64,000 nt of DNA from an uncultured Collinsella sp. (GTDB lineage Bacteria > Actinomycetota > Coriobacteriia > Coriobacteriales > Coriobacteriaceae). The notes beneath the pieces were generated by a model that ran no database searches, had not been told where the DNA came from, and saw only the letters and a list, made by a program, of their open reading frames with translations. Position numbers and translations under genes: made by a program. Shown here piece by piece: positions 42,530 through 51,344 of the stretch. The stretch lies in the NCBI GenBank assembly GCA_965147105.1, contig CBCTIZ010000012.1, positions 52 through 64,051 on the forward strand, in the 5' to 3' direction. Positions within the stretch are counted from its first letter, which is position 1. Each line of letters opens with the position of its first letter.

Positions 42530-44253
42530 TGAGGTTTATGAGGCCGTACCGCGGTCTGATTGCGGTGACGCTGTTTGCGGTGCTGGTGGATAACGTCGGT
42601 ACGCTGTTGGTTCCCACGATGCTGGCGAACATGGTCAACACCGGTATTACCACGGGCGATGTCGACTACATTTTACGCAACGGCCTATACATGTTTATCG
42701 CGACCAGCATGGCTAGCGGCGGCACGGTGCTGGGCTGCTATCTTTCGGCGCGCCTGGCCGCCAACGTGGCTTGCGATATCCGCAATGCCGTGTACGACAA
42801 ATCGCTCGAGCTCGCGGCCAGCGATTTTGAGCGCTTTGGCACCGGATCGATGATCACGCGCTCGCTCAACGACATCAACGTGATTCAGCAGGCGATTCTG
42901 CAGACGATTCAGCTGGTGCTGCCCGTGCCGTTTTTGGCTGTGGCGGGCATCATATTCGCCTGGTTTATCGATCCCGCCATGGGCACGCTTCTGGGCGTAG
43001 TCGTTGCGATTGTGCTGGTGGCGGCGGTCTTTACGGTTGCCAACGCGGCTCCGATCTTTATGCGCCTACAGGGCTTTATCGACCGCATGAACGTGGTGCT
43101 GCGCGAGAATATTGTGGGCGTGCGCGTCATCCGTGCGTTTAACAAGGAGCGCCACGAGGAACGGCGTCTGGACGAGGTGTTTAGCGAATACGCCGCCAAC
43201 GCCATCAAAGTCAACCACCTGTTTGTGGGCCTCGACAGCTCAAGCTTCTTTTTGATGAACATCGCCGAGGTGGCGGTGCTGTGGGTGGGCGGCAACCGCG
43301 TAGGCGCCCATGCGATGCAGATTGCGAGCATCTCTGCGGTGCTCGAGTACGCAATCTTGATTCTGTTCTTTGTGATGATGGCGCAGATGGTGGTGCTGAC
43401 GCTGCCACGCGCCGCGGCATGCCTAAGCCGTGCACAGCAAGTGCTGGAGATTGAGCCGAGCATCGTCGATGGCCAGCGTACGCTTGATGCGGCCGCGTCC
43501 GACTCAAAGGACGGGGCCGATGCGGTCGCCGTGTTCGATCATATGTCGTTTCGCTTTGACGACGCCGACGAGGACACGCTGTGCAATTTGAACTTTACTT
43601 GTCGTCGCGGTCAGACGACCGCAATCGTCGGCTCGACGGGTTCGGGCAAGTCGACGGTGGCCAAGCTCTTGCTGCGCTTCCACGATGCCACCAAGGGCGC
43701 CATTCGCCTGGACGGTGTCGATCTGCGCGAGCTTACGCAAGACGAAATCCGCGGGCGCATTGCCTATGTGCCGCAGAAGGCGTGGCTGTTCTCGGGCACG
43801 GTGGCGAGCAACCTTCGCTTTGGTAACGAAGGCGCGACCGAGGCGGACATGCTTCATGCGCTGCGGGTTGCCCAGAGCACTTTTGTGCTCGATCAGCCGC
43901 AGGGGCTCGATACCCCGGTGGCGCAGGGCGGCACGAACTTTTCGGGCGGCCAGCGCCAGCGCCTAGCCATTGCTCGCGCGCTCATGAAGCGCGCCGACCT
44001 ATATATCTTCGACGATAGTTTTTCGGCCCTGGACTTTAAGACCGATGCCGCCCTGCGCCATGCGTTGCAAGATGAGACGCGTGACGCTGCGGTGCTCATC
44101 ATCGCGCAGCGCATCTCGACGATCTTGCACGCCGACCAGATTGTCGTGCTCAGGGATGGCGAGGTTGTGGGTCTGGGCACGCATGGCGAGCTTATGGAAA
44201 CCTGCGAGGTGTACCGCGCCATCGCGGAATCGCAGATGAAGGGAGGTGAGTAG
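42517..44253 (+). CDS. ABC exporter, fused permease/ATPase (heterodimer partner 1)
   Basis: Six-TM exporter domain, Walker A GSTGSGKST, signature FSGGQRQR, Walker B LYIFDDSFSALD. Confidence 0.9.
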   Translation: MRLLMRFMRPYRGLIAVTLFAVLVDNVGTLLVPTMLANMVNTGITTGDVDYILRNGLYMFIATSMASGGTVLGCYLSARLAANVACDIRNAVYDKSLELAASDFERFGTGSMITRSLNDINVIQQAILQTIQLVLPVPFLAVAGIIFAWFIDPAMGTLLGVVVAIVLVAAVFTVANAAPIFMRLQGFIDRMNVVLRENIVGVRVIRAFNKERHEERRLDEVFSEYAANAIKVNHLFVGLDSSSFFLMNIAEVAVLWVGGNRVGAHAMQIASISAVLEYAILILFFVMMAQMVVLTLPRAAACLSRAQQVLEIEPSIVDGQRTLDAAASDSKDGADAVAVFDHMSFRFDDADEDTLCNLNFTCRRGQTTAIVGSTGSGKSTVAKLLLRFHDATKGAIRLDGVDLRELTQDEIRGRIAYVPQKAWLFSGTVASNLRFGNEGATEADMLHALRVAQSTFVLDQPQGLDTPVAQGGTNFSGGQRQRLAIARALMKRADLYIFDDSFSALDFKTDAALRHALQDETRDAAVLIIAQRISTILHADQIVVLRDGEVVGLGTHGELMETCEVYRAIAESQMKGGE

Positions 44254-44254
44254 C

Positions 44255-46261
44255 ATGACCGAGGAGCTCAAGAAGCAGGGCGGCGTTGATGACGCCGCTG
44301 CCGCGGTACTGGTCGAGGAAACGGCTGCCGTGGCACCCGAGCTGGATGACGCCGCCAAGGCTGCAGCCGAGCGCGAGGCTCGCCGCCAAGCGCTCTACGA
44401 GGAAAACGAACGTGCCGAGGACGAGCGCGCCCGCGCCGAGGCAGAGCGTATGCGCGACGTGGACGGTGAAGACGAGGACGAGACGCCTCGAGATACCTGG
44501 GCGACGGTGCGCCGCCTGTGGAGCGAGGCTGCCGGCGACCATTGGCGCTTCTATATCGTGTTCGCGAGCATTGTGTTCTATGCCATCTTTAACACTGCTG
44601 CGCCGGCATATAGCGCCCGCGTGATCGATGAGCTGTGGAGCCACATTCAGGTGGCGTTTGCCAACGACACCACCTTCAACATCACCTGGGAGAACTGCGG
44701 CAGGACCATCTTCATCTACTTTATGATCTGGACGGCCGCTGCCTCGTTCTACGCGCTCCAGAGCTTTTTGATGTCGAGCGTTGCCGAACGCCTCAACCTG
44801 TGCCTACGCAACCGCATCGCACAAAAGCTCAACCGTCTGCCGCTTGCCTTTTTTGACGCGCATCGTCCCGGTGAGGTCGTCAGCCGTGCGACCAACGACT
44901 TGGACAAGATGTCCGAGAGCATGCAGCGCGGCTTGCTGCAGCTTCTGGTGTCGATCGGTACCGTGGTGGGCGCCGTGAGCGTGATGTTCGTGTTTAGCGT
45001 GCCACTTACGCTGGTCTTTTTGTTCTTTACGGCGTTGTCGCTGCTGGTGACCAAGGTGGTCTCGCGCCGCACGCATGACGTAACCGGTGAGCGCCAAGAG
45101 TGGGTGTCCAAGATTACGAGTGCGGTCGAGGAAGGCTACTCGGGCCGTCTGGTGATTCGCGCGTTTAACCGCGAGCGCCAAAGTTCTGCCGAGGTGCACC
45201 AGGCCTCGGGCGAGCTGGCACGCGTGAGTGCCAAGGCCGACTTTATGATTAACGCCGTCGGCCCCGCGGTGCGCTTTATCGGCCGCCTGGCACAGATCGT
45301 GATTGCGATTGTGGGCTGCAGTATGCTGGTTGCCGGCCACATGACCGTCGGCGTGTTCCAGGCGTTCTTCCAGTTTATCTACGAGGCATCTGAGCCCATG
45401 ACGCAGCTGTCGTTTACCTTCAACTCGCTGCAGAGCGCGCTGGCGAGTGCGGAGCGCGTGTTCGACCTGCTCGATGAGCCCGAGATGGAGGCCGATCCGC
45501 TGCCGGACGAGGCCGCCAAGCTGCCGGGTCGCGTTGAGGGTCGCGTCTCCTTTGAGCACGTGCGCTTTGGTTATTCGCCCGACAAGCCGCTTATGCGCGA
45601 CGTGTCGTTTACCGCCGAGCCGGGCCAGAAGATTGCCGTGGTGGGAACCACGGGCGCAGGCAAGACGACGCTCATCAACCTGCTCATGCGCTTCTACGAG
45701 ATTGACGGCGGGCGTATTACGCTCGACGGCGTGGATACGAGCCGCATGGACCGCGGCGAGCTACGGCAGCAGTTTGGCATGGTGCTGCAGGACGCCTGGC
45801 TGTTCGATGGCACGATTGCCGAAAACATCGCCTACGGCTGCCCCGAGGCAACGCGCGACGAAATTGTGGCCGCCGCTCGTGCCGCGCAGGTCGACTTCTT
45901 TGTGCGCACCATGCCGCAGGGCTACGACACGCGGGTGGCCAACGATGCCGAGAGCATTAGTCAGGGCCAACGCCAGCTGCTGACCATTGCGCGCGTGCTG
46001 CTCAACAACCCGGCGATTCTCATCCTGGACGAGGCGACCTCAAGCGTGGACACGCGTACCGAGCTTGCCATCGGCCGTGCCATGGACGCGCTTATGCGCG
46101 GGCGCACGAGCTTTGTGATCGCGCATCGCCTGTCGACGATCGTGGACGCCGACCTGATCTTGGTCATGGACCACGGCAACATTATCGAGCAGGGCACGCA
46201 TAAGGAGCTGCTCGCAGCCGAGGGCGCTTATGCTGACCTCTATCTGAGTCAGTTCGCATAA
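44255..46261 (+). CDS. ABC exporter, fused permease/ATPase (heterodimer partner 2) with a charged N-terminal extension
   Basis: Walker A GTTGAGKTT, signature ISQGQRQL, Walker B ILILDEATSSVD. ATG 44255 lies 8 nt after GGAGG; the track's GTG at 44246 is less likely. Confidence 0.9.
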   Translation: MTEELKKQGGVDDAAAAVLVEETAAVAPELDDAAKAAAEREARRQALYEENERAEDERARAEAERMRDVDGEDEDETPRDTWATVRRLWSEAAGDHWRFYIVFASIVFYAIFNTAAPAYSARVIDELWSHIQVAFANDTTFNITWENCGRTIFIYFMIWTAAASFYALQSFLMSSVAERLNLCLRNRIAQKLNRLPLAFFDAHRPGEVVSRATNDLDKMSESMQRGLLQLLVSIGTVVGAVSVMFVFSVPLTLVFLFFTALSLLVTKVVSRRTHDVTGERQEWVSKITSAVEEGYSGRLVIRAFNRERQSSAEVHQASGELARVSAKADFMINAVGPAVRFIGRLAQIVIAIVGCSMLVAGHMTVGVFQAFFQFIYEASEPMTQLSFTFNSLQSALASAERVFDLLDEPEMEADPLPDEAAKLPGRVEGRVSFEHVRFGYSPDKPLMRDVSFTAEPGQKIAVVGTTGAGKTTLINLLMRFYEIDGGRITLDGVDTSRMDRGELRQQFGMVLQDAWLFDGTIAENIAYGCPEATRDEIVAAARAAQVDFFVRTMPQGYDTRVANDAESISQGQRQLLTIARVLLNNPAILILDEATSSVDTRTELAIGRAMDALMRGRTSFVIAHRLSTIVDADLILVMDHGNIIEQGTHKELLAAEGAYADLYLSQFA

Positions 46262-46296
46262 TGTGACAAAGGGACAGTCCCGCATGTCACATCAAA

Positions 46297-46338
46297 AAGA
46301 AAGGCGCGCCGGGGATGAATTCCCTGGCGCGCCTTCTT
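46297..46338. terminator. Bidirectional terminator between the ABC exporter and cysE
   Basis: GGCGCGCC / GGCGCGCC 8-bp core stem, extended by AAGAA/TTCTT pairs (one bulge). Confidence 0.6.
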
Positions 46339-46375
46339 GCGTTGATGCCGATGTCGTTTTGTGCCGCTTGCGTTC

Positions 46376-47080
46376 CTAGCGTTCGTCCACGAGCTTGGCG
46401 ACGAGGGCTTTGAGCTCGGCCACCTCTCGCTCGAGTTCCTTGACGCGGCGGGCATTCTCGGTGATGCCCTGGCGGTTGAGGGCACTCTGCTCGGCGGCGT
46501 CATCGGGCATGTACTCGCGATGCTGCTTGGCGTCGAAACTCTCCTCGAACACGCGGCAGCCGTTGCGCTTGATGATGCGTCCCGGCACGCCCACGACGGT
46601 GCAGTTGTCGGGCACGTCCTTGACGACAACCGAGTTGCCGCCGATCTTGACGTTGTTGCCGATGCGGATGTTGCCGAGTACCTTGGCGCCCGTGCCCACG
46701 GTGACGTTATTGCCCAGGGTGGGGTGGCGTTTGCCGGTCTCGTTGCCGGTGCCGCCGAGCGTAACGCCCTGGTAAAGCACACAGTTGTCGCCCACAATGG
46801 TGGTCTCGCCGATGACGACGCCCATGGCGTGGTCGATAAAGAAGTGCTTACCGATCTGTGCGGCGGGATGAATCTCGACGCCGGTGATATGACGGGTGAT
46901 TTGCGAGAGCACGCGGGCGAGCGAGCGATGTCCATGCTCCCACAGCCAGTGCTCGGGCACGTGGTTCCACTTGGCGTGCAGGCCAGGATAGGAAAGGAAG
47001 ATGACCAGACCGTTTTGCGCGGCGGGGTCCTGCGCTTGGACGGTCTTGATGTCCTCGCGAATGGTATTGATAAAGCTCAC
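46376..47080 (-). CDS. cysE: Serine O-acetyltransferase with a C-terminal coiled-coil-like tail
   Basis: Hexapeptide-repeat left-handed beta-helix ([26 protein letters not shown]...[30 protein letters not shown]). GTG start at 47080 preceded by AAGGGAGG. Confidence 0.85.
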   Translation of the reverse strand: MSFINTIREDIKTVQAQDPAAQNGLVIFLSYPGLHAKWNHVPEHWLWEHGHRSLARVLSQITRHITGVEIHPAAQIGKHFFIDHAMGVVIGETTIVGDNCVLYQGVTLGGTGNETGKRHPTLGNNVTVGTGAKVLGNIRIGNNVKIGGNSVVVKDVPDNCTVVGVPGRIIKRNGCRVFEESFDAKQHREYMPDDAAEQSALNRQGITENARRVKELEREVAELKALVAKLVDER

Positions 47081-47303
47081 CGGCCGCCCTCCCTTAGCGC
47101 CATGGCAATGCGATTCAATAAAGTATAGCGATTCGCTAGGGATTAGGAAGGACAATCTTGGCGGCATTGCGCGACAGGTGTCAGTTATGCAAACTTGCTG
47201 GTAATGGAGTCATGCTTTTGTGGGGTTGCGCACGAGGGGACGCCGCAACCGTATACTGGTCAACTTGGACGTATCCGCGCCCACAACTGAGAGGTTTTAC
47301 TTC

Positions 47304-47942
47304 ATGGGTTTCATTAATTTTATCGCCGAGCTGCTCAAAGATCCGCGCACCGCGATTGCCAGCTGGATCGCCGCCGGCCCGCTTATGGCCTACGGCTGCG
47401 TGTTCCTGATCATCTTTATCGAGACGGGCGTGGTGTTCTTCCCGTTCCTTCCCGGCGACTCGCTGCTGTTTGCCTCGGGCTTCTTTGCCCATAATGGCGG
47501 CTTTAACATTGTTGCGCTTCTGGCCACCGCATGGGCCGCAGCCATCCTGGGCGATCAGTGCAACTTTATGATCGGCCACTTCTTTGGCCGCAAGATCATC
47601 GCCTCGGGCAAGGTAAAGGCCATGACGCCCGAGCGCATCAAAAAGTCCGAGGATTTCCTAGATAAGTGGGGCCATCTGGCCATCTTCCTCGGTCGCTTCT
47701 TCCCGTTCATCCGCACCTTTGTGCCTTTTATCGCCGGCATGGGCGGCATGCACTGGCGCAACTTTGTCGTCTTTAACGTGCTGGGTGGCATTACCTGGTC
47801 GACGGTCTTTACGCTGCTGGGTTACTTCTTTGGTGGCATTCCGTTTGTGCAGGAGCACTTTGAGCTGCTGATCATCGGCATTGTCGCCGTGTCGATTATC
47901 CCGACCGTGGTCGGTCTGGTTAAGGCCAAGCTGGGTAAATAG
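47304..47942 (+). CDS. DedA-family (VTT domain) membrane protein
   Basis: Motif FIETGVVFFPFLPGDSLLF. Start at ATG 47304. Confidence 0.8.
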   Translation: MGFINFIAELLKDPRTAIASWIAAGPLMAYGCVFLIIFIETGVVFFPFLPGDSLLFASGFFAHNGGFNIVALLATAWAAAILGDQCNFMIGHFFGRKIIASGKVKAMTPERIKKSEDFLDKWGHLAIFLGRFFPFIRTFVPFIAGMGGMHWRNFVVFNVLGGITWSTVFTLLGYFFGGIPFVQEHFELLIIGIVAVSIIPTVVGLVKAKLGK

Positions 47943-47980
47943 AACGCCTAGCTCGAGCCAGCGCGCAGACCGTACAGTTG

Positions 47981-48015
47981 AGGCCCGTCACCGCTTACGG
48001 TGGCGGGCCTTTTTG
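47981..48015 (+). terminator. Intrinsic terminator of the dedA-like gene
   Basis: AGGCCCGTCACCG-CTTA-CGGTGGCGGGCCT: a 13-bp stem (one G:U pair) followed by TTTTT. Confidence 0.8.
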
Positions 48016-48239
48016 CTTCGGTCAAATGAAAATACTTTACTTAGTTAAAGAAAAGCGTTTTATCAGACGCGTGCGGGGAGTACAATCTCGTGCATGCGAA
48101 TCGACGTGCCATCGGCTTTGATGCTGCTCGCGTGTCCCGTCCGGCTCTACGCTCCGGGCGTGCGACGTTGCGACGCGGTCGGCCTCGGTCCTTGCGTGCG
48201 GGTTCGCGAGTATGCAACTGTGTATGTAAGGAGCGACAT

Positions 48240-49292
48240 ATGACTGTCGAGAAGAAGGATATCGATTGGGGTAGCCTCGGCTTTGGCTACATGAAGACCG
48301 ATTTCAGCTACGAGGCTCATTGGAAGGATGGCGAGTGGGACGAGGGCGGCCTGACCACCGACCACACCCTGCATGTCTCCGAGTGCGGCGGTATCTTCCA
48401 TTACTGCCAGGAGGTCTTTGAGGGCCTGAAGGCCTACACCGCCGAGGACGGCAGCATCGTCTGCTTCCGTCCCGACATGAACGCTGAGCGTATGTATAAC
48501 TCTGCCCAGCGCCTCGAGATGCCCCCGTTTCCCAAGGACAAGTTCGTTGAGGCCGTCAAGCAGGTCGTTTCTGCCAACGCCGCCTGGGTTCCGCCCTTCG
48601 GTTCCGGCGCGACCCTGTACGTGCGTCCGTTTATGATCGGCTCCGGTGACGTGATCGGCGTGGCTCCCGCTCCTGAGTACACGTTCCGCATTCTCGTGAC
48701 CCCGGTCGGTCCGTACTTTAAGGGTGGCCTCAAGCCCGTCAAGCTGCGCGTTTCCGAGTATGACCGTGCAGCACCGCATGGCACCGGCAACATCAAGGCC
48801 GGCCTGAACTACGCCATGTCCCTCAAGCCCACGATGGAGGCTCACCGCGAGGGCTATGCCGAGAACCTGTATCTCGATTCCGAGTCCCGCACCTATGTCG
48901 AGGAGACCGGCGGCGCCAACGTCCTGTTCGTGAAGGAGGACGGCACGCTCGTCGTTCCGCAGTCGCACACCGACTCCATCCTGCCCTCTATCACCCGTCG
49001 TTCGCTTGTTCAGGTTGCTCAGGACCTGGGCATGACCGTTGACCAGCGTCCCGTCGAGTGGGCCGAGGTCAAGGCCGGCACCTTTGTGGAGTGCGGCCTG
49101 TGCGGCACCGCTGCCGTCATCTCCCCGGTTGGCGAGATCGACAACAAGGTTTACGGCGCCGACGAGACCGTGACCTTCCCGGCTGGCTACACCGAGATCG
49201 GCCCCGTGATGAAGAAGCTCCGCGAGACCCTGACCGGCATCCAGTCTGGTGCTGTCGAGGACAAGCACAACTGGGTTTACACCGTCGCGTAA
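48240..49292 (+). CDS. ilvE: Branched-chain amino-acid aminotransferase
   Basis: 350-aa class IV aminotransferase layout. Start at ATG 48240 after AAGGAG. Confidence 0.85.
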   Translation: MTVEKKDIDWGSLGFGYMKTDFSYEAHWKDGEWDEGGLTTDHTLHVSECGGIFHYCQEVFEGLKAYTAEDGSIVCFRPDMNAERMYNSAQRLEMPPFPKDKFVEAVKQVVSANAAWVPPFGSGATLYVRPFMIGSGDVIGVAPAPEYTFRILVTPVGPYFKGGLKPVKLRVSEYDRAAPHGTGNIKAGLNYAMSLKPTMEAHREGYAENLYLDSESRTYVEETGGANVLFVKEDGTLVVPQSHTDSILPSITRRSLVQVAQDLGMTVDQRPVEWAEVKAGTFVECGLCGTAAVISPVGEIDNKVYGADETVTFPAGYTEIGPVMKKLRETLTGIQSGAVEDKHNWVYTVA

Positions 49293-49308
49293 TTTGTCTT
49301 ACCTATCC

Positions 49309-49433
49309 GGGCAGAGAACAAGTTCCCTCCCGGCGCGTCCTCGGACATGCAAGAAGCCCTCGCTGCGCATTTCGTGCGGCGAGGGCTTCTTGCGTCCTGC
49401 GGAGTGCGCCGGGAGGGAACTTGTTCTCTGCCC
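49309..49433. repeat. Long-hairpin element, copy 2 (28-bp perfect arms, 69-nt core)
   Basis: Arm 49309-49336 is the exact reverse complement of 49406-49433. The inner hairpin is GCAAGAAGCCCTCGC / GCGAGGGCTTCTTGC (15 bp). Confidence 0.9.
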
Positions 49434-49777
49434 TGCGGGATCGGCGATGTCACAACGGGCAATGATTAATCTGAATAAAGATGGTGCGCGGCCTTTTAGG
49501 CTGCGCTTTTGTTTTTGGTTCGCGCCATGTGGGGGTGGTGGCGACGTGCATTTTTGCGAGTATTCTGCAATCGAAGGCCCCTGCATACCGACCTCGGGCA
49601 AAAAATCGGGAGTTCTCGATGTTTTCTACGGATGATGGGCGGGGTTATGGGCTGGCAGCGTTTGATTTGCAGGGATATTCGCGGTCTTTGGCACTTATCG
49701 TGGCGCCCGAAGCTCTTGGTTATGTTGAATACTCCTAAAAATGCACGGCGCTTAGAGGGGGACCTTTGCGAAAAAGG

Positions 49778-49816
49778 AAACCGCCCCGTCGAAGTATGCA
49801 CTCGACGGGGCGGTTT
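49778..49816. terminator. Terminator hairpin downstream of the lemA-like gene
   Basis: AAACCGCCCCGTCGA / TCGACGGGGCGGTTT: a 15-bp perfect stem with flanking A/T runs. Confidence 0.7.
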
Positions 49817-49852
49817 ATACATTTGGCCGATTAAGGATGCGCTGTCAAACTA

Positions 49853-50404
49853 CTAGAACTTGACGGTCGGGGCCTGGCGGGCTGCTTCGGCGGCCTCGAA
49901 GCCCTGGCGCTCCTTAAACTGAAAGATGCCGGCAAAGATGACAGCCGGGAACGTCTGAATGGCGTTGTTGTAGCTGAGCACGCAATCGTTGTAGCTCTGG
50001 CGTGCGTAGCTAATCTTGTTCTCGGTATCCTCGAGCGATGCCTGCAGCTGCGTAAAGTTGGTGTTTGCCTTAAGATCGGGGTAGGCTTCGGCTACGGCGA
50101 AGAGCTGACGCAGCGCACCGGTCAGCACGTTGTCGGCTTCCATCTTGGCCTCGGGCGTGGTGGCCTTGACGGCGGTGTTACGCGCGCTGATCACGGCGGA
50201 GAGCGTCTCCTGCTCGTGCTTGGCGTAGCCCTTGACGGTCTCGACCAGGTTGGGGATCAGGTCGTTGCGGCGCTGCAGCTGCGTATCGATGTTCTGCCAG
50301 GCGTTATCGATGCGGTTGCGCTTGGTGACCATGTTGTTGTAGATGCCGGCGATGGCGCAGACAATCACAATGACAACAACGATGCCGATGATGACGGTAA
50401 TCAT
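49853..50404 (-). CDS. LemA-family protein
   Basis: N-terminal TM helix, then the LemA signature ...NAWQNIDTQLQRRNDLIPNLVETVKGYAKHEQETL.... Start at ATG 50404. Confidence 0.85.
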   Translation of the reverse strand: MITVIIGIVVVIVIVCAIAGIYNNMVTKRNRIDNAWQNIDTQLQRRNDLIPNLVETVKGYAKHEQETLSAVISARNTAVKATTPEAKMEADNVLTGALRQLFAVAEAYPDLKANTNFTQLQASLEDTENKISYARQSYNDCVLSYNNAIQTFPAVIFAGIFQFKERQGFEAAEAARQAPTVKF

Positions 50405-50615
50405 GATGTCTCCGTTTCGAATGGCCGCGGCGGCATGCGCCAGCTGCCGTTGGTATAACGCTACTAGTATACCCGCAACGTTTTGCCGTGCCGAACTTTC
50501 CGGCAAGCGTTATGTTTTCGGCGGGGTCGGCACCGGGGCAAAGCGCGCGAGGTACAGGTGTAAGATATGCGACAGATTGACGAGTGTTGTCTTTGCCCTG
50601 AGGATGGCGATACGG

Positions 50616-51200
50616 ATGGACCTTCGCATCAAGAAAACCTATCGTGCCCTGTTCGATGCCTTTACCGAGCTTTTGGAAGAGCATCGTTTTGAGGACCTGA
50701 CGGTTGCCATGCTGTGCGATCGCGCCATGATTCGCCGCACGACGTTCTATAAGCACTTTCGCGACAAGAACGATTACTTTGCCTTTTATATCGATGAGCT
50801 CATGTCGGGCTTGCCGCAAAAACAGCCCGATGAGGCCGGCGCGGTGTCTGCCGAGGACGTGCGCGCGCTTCGACACGCGATTTTGGACGATGCCATGGAT
50901 TTGATTCTGGCGCACGAGCGGCTCATGGATAACATTTTGGCGAGCAGCATGTCGGGCATGTTGACCAACGTTATTTGCGACCGCATTGCCCGCTCCATCC
51001 GCGAGCGTGTGATGAACGTGCTTGCCGAGGATGCCCTGGCCCCCGTGTCACTCGAGACGACGTCTGAGTTTGTCGCCGGCGGTATTATTCGACTTTTCAC
51101 GATATGGTGGGAATCGGGCCACGATCTTGAGCGTCGACCTGAGATAGCCGACGTGGTCGATGCGCTGTTTGAGCGGACCATGACACCGGTGCATCACTAG
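50616..51200 (+). CDS. TetR/AcrR-family transcriptional regulator
   Basis: N-terminal HTH ...LTVAMLCDRAMIRRTTFYKHFRDK.... Start at ATG 50616. Confidence 0.8.
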   Translation: MDLRIKKTYRALFDAFTELLEEHRFEDLTVAMLCDRAMIRRTTFYKHFRDKNDYFAFYIDELMSGLPQKQPDEAGAVSAEDVRALRHAILDDAMDLILAHERLMDNILASSMSGMLTNVICDRIARSIRERVMNVLAEDALAPVSLETTSEFVAGGIIRLFTIWWESGHDLERRPEIADVVDALFERTMTPVHH

Positions 51201-51203
51201 GAG

Positions 51204-51293
51204 TGGCGGAGAGAGGGGGATTCGAACCCCCGGAACGCTCTCGCGCTCAACGGTTTTCAAGACCGCCGCATTCAACCGCTCTGCCATCTCTCC
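51204..51293 (-). tRNA. tRNA-Ser (anticodon UGA)
   Basis: Hand-folded cloverleaf: acceptor GGAGAGA/TCTCTCC, anticodon loop CTTGAAA, long variable arm, T-arm GGGGGTTCGAATCCCCC, discriminator G and an encoded CCA. Confidence 0.9.
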
Positions 51294-51344
51294 GTGAGTC
51301 GTAATGATAGCATCGTTTTGAATTTGCAACAGGGAAGGCGAACG

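Noticed and set aside
47081-47303. T-box or riboswitch leader for cysE
   Set aside because: I find no T-box core sequence, no SAM/Cys-related riboswitch motif, and only one modest hairpin (about 47225-47253). The evidence is insufficient.
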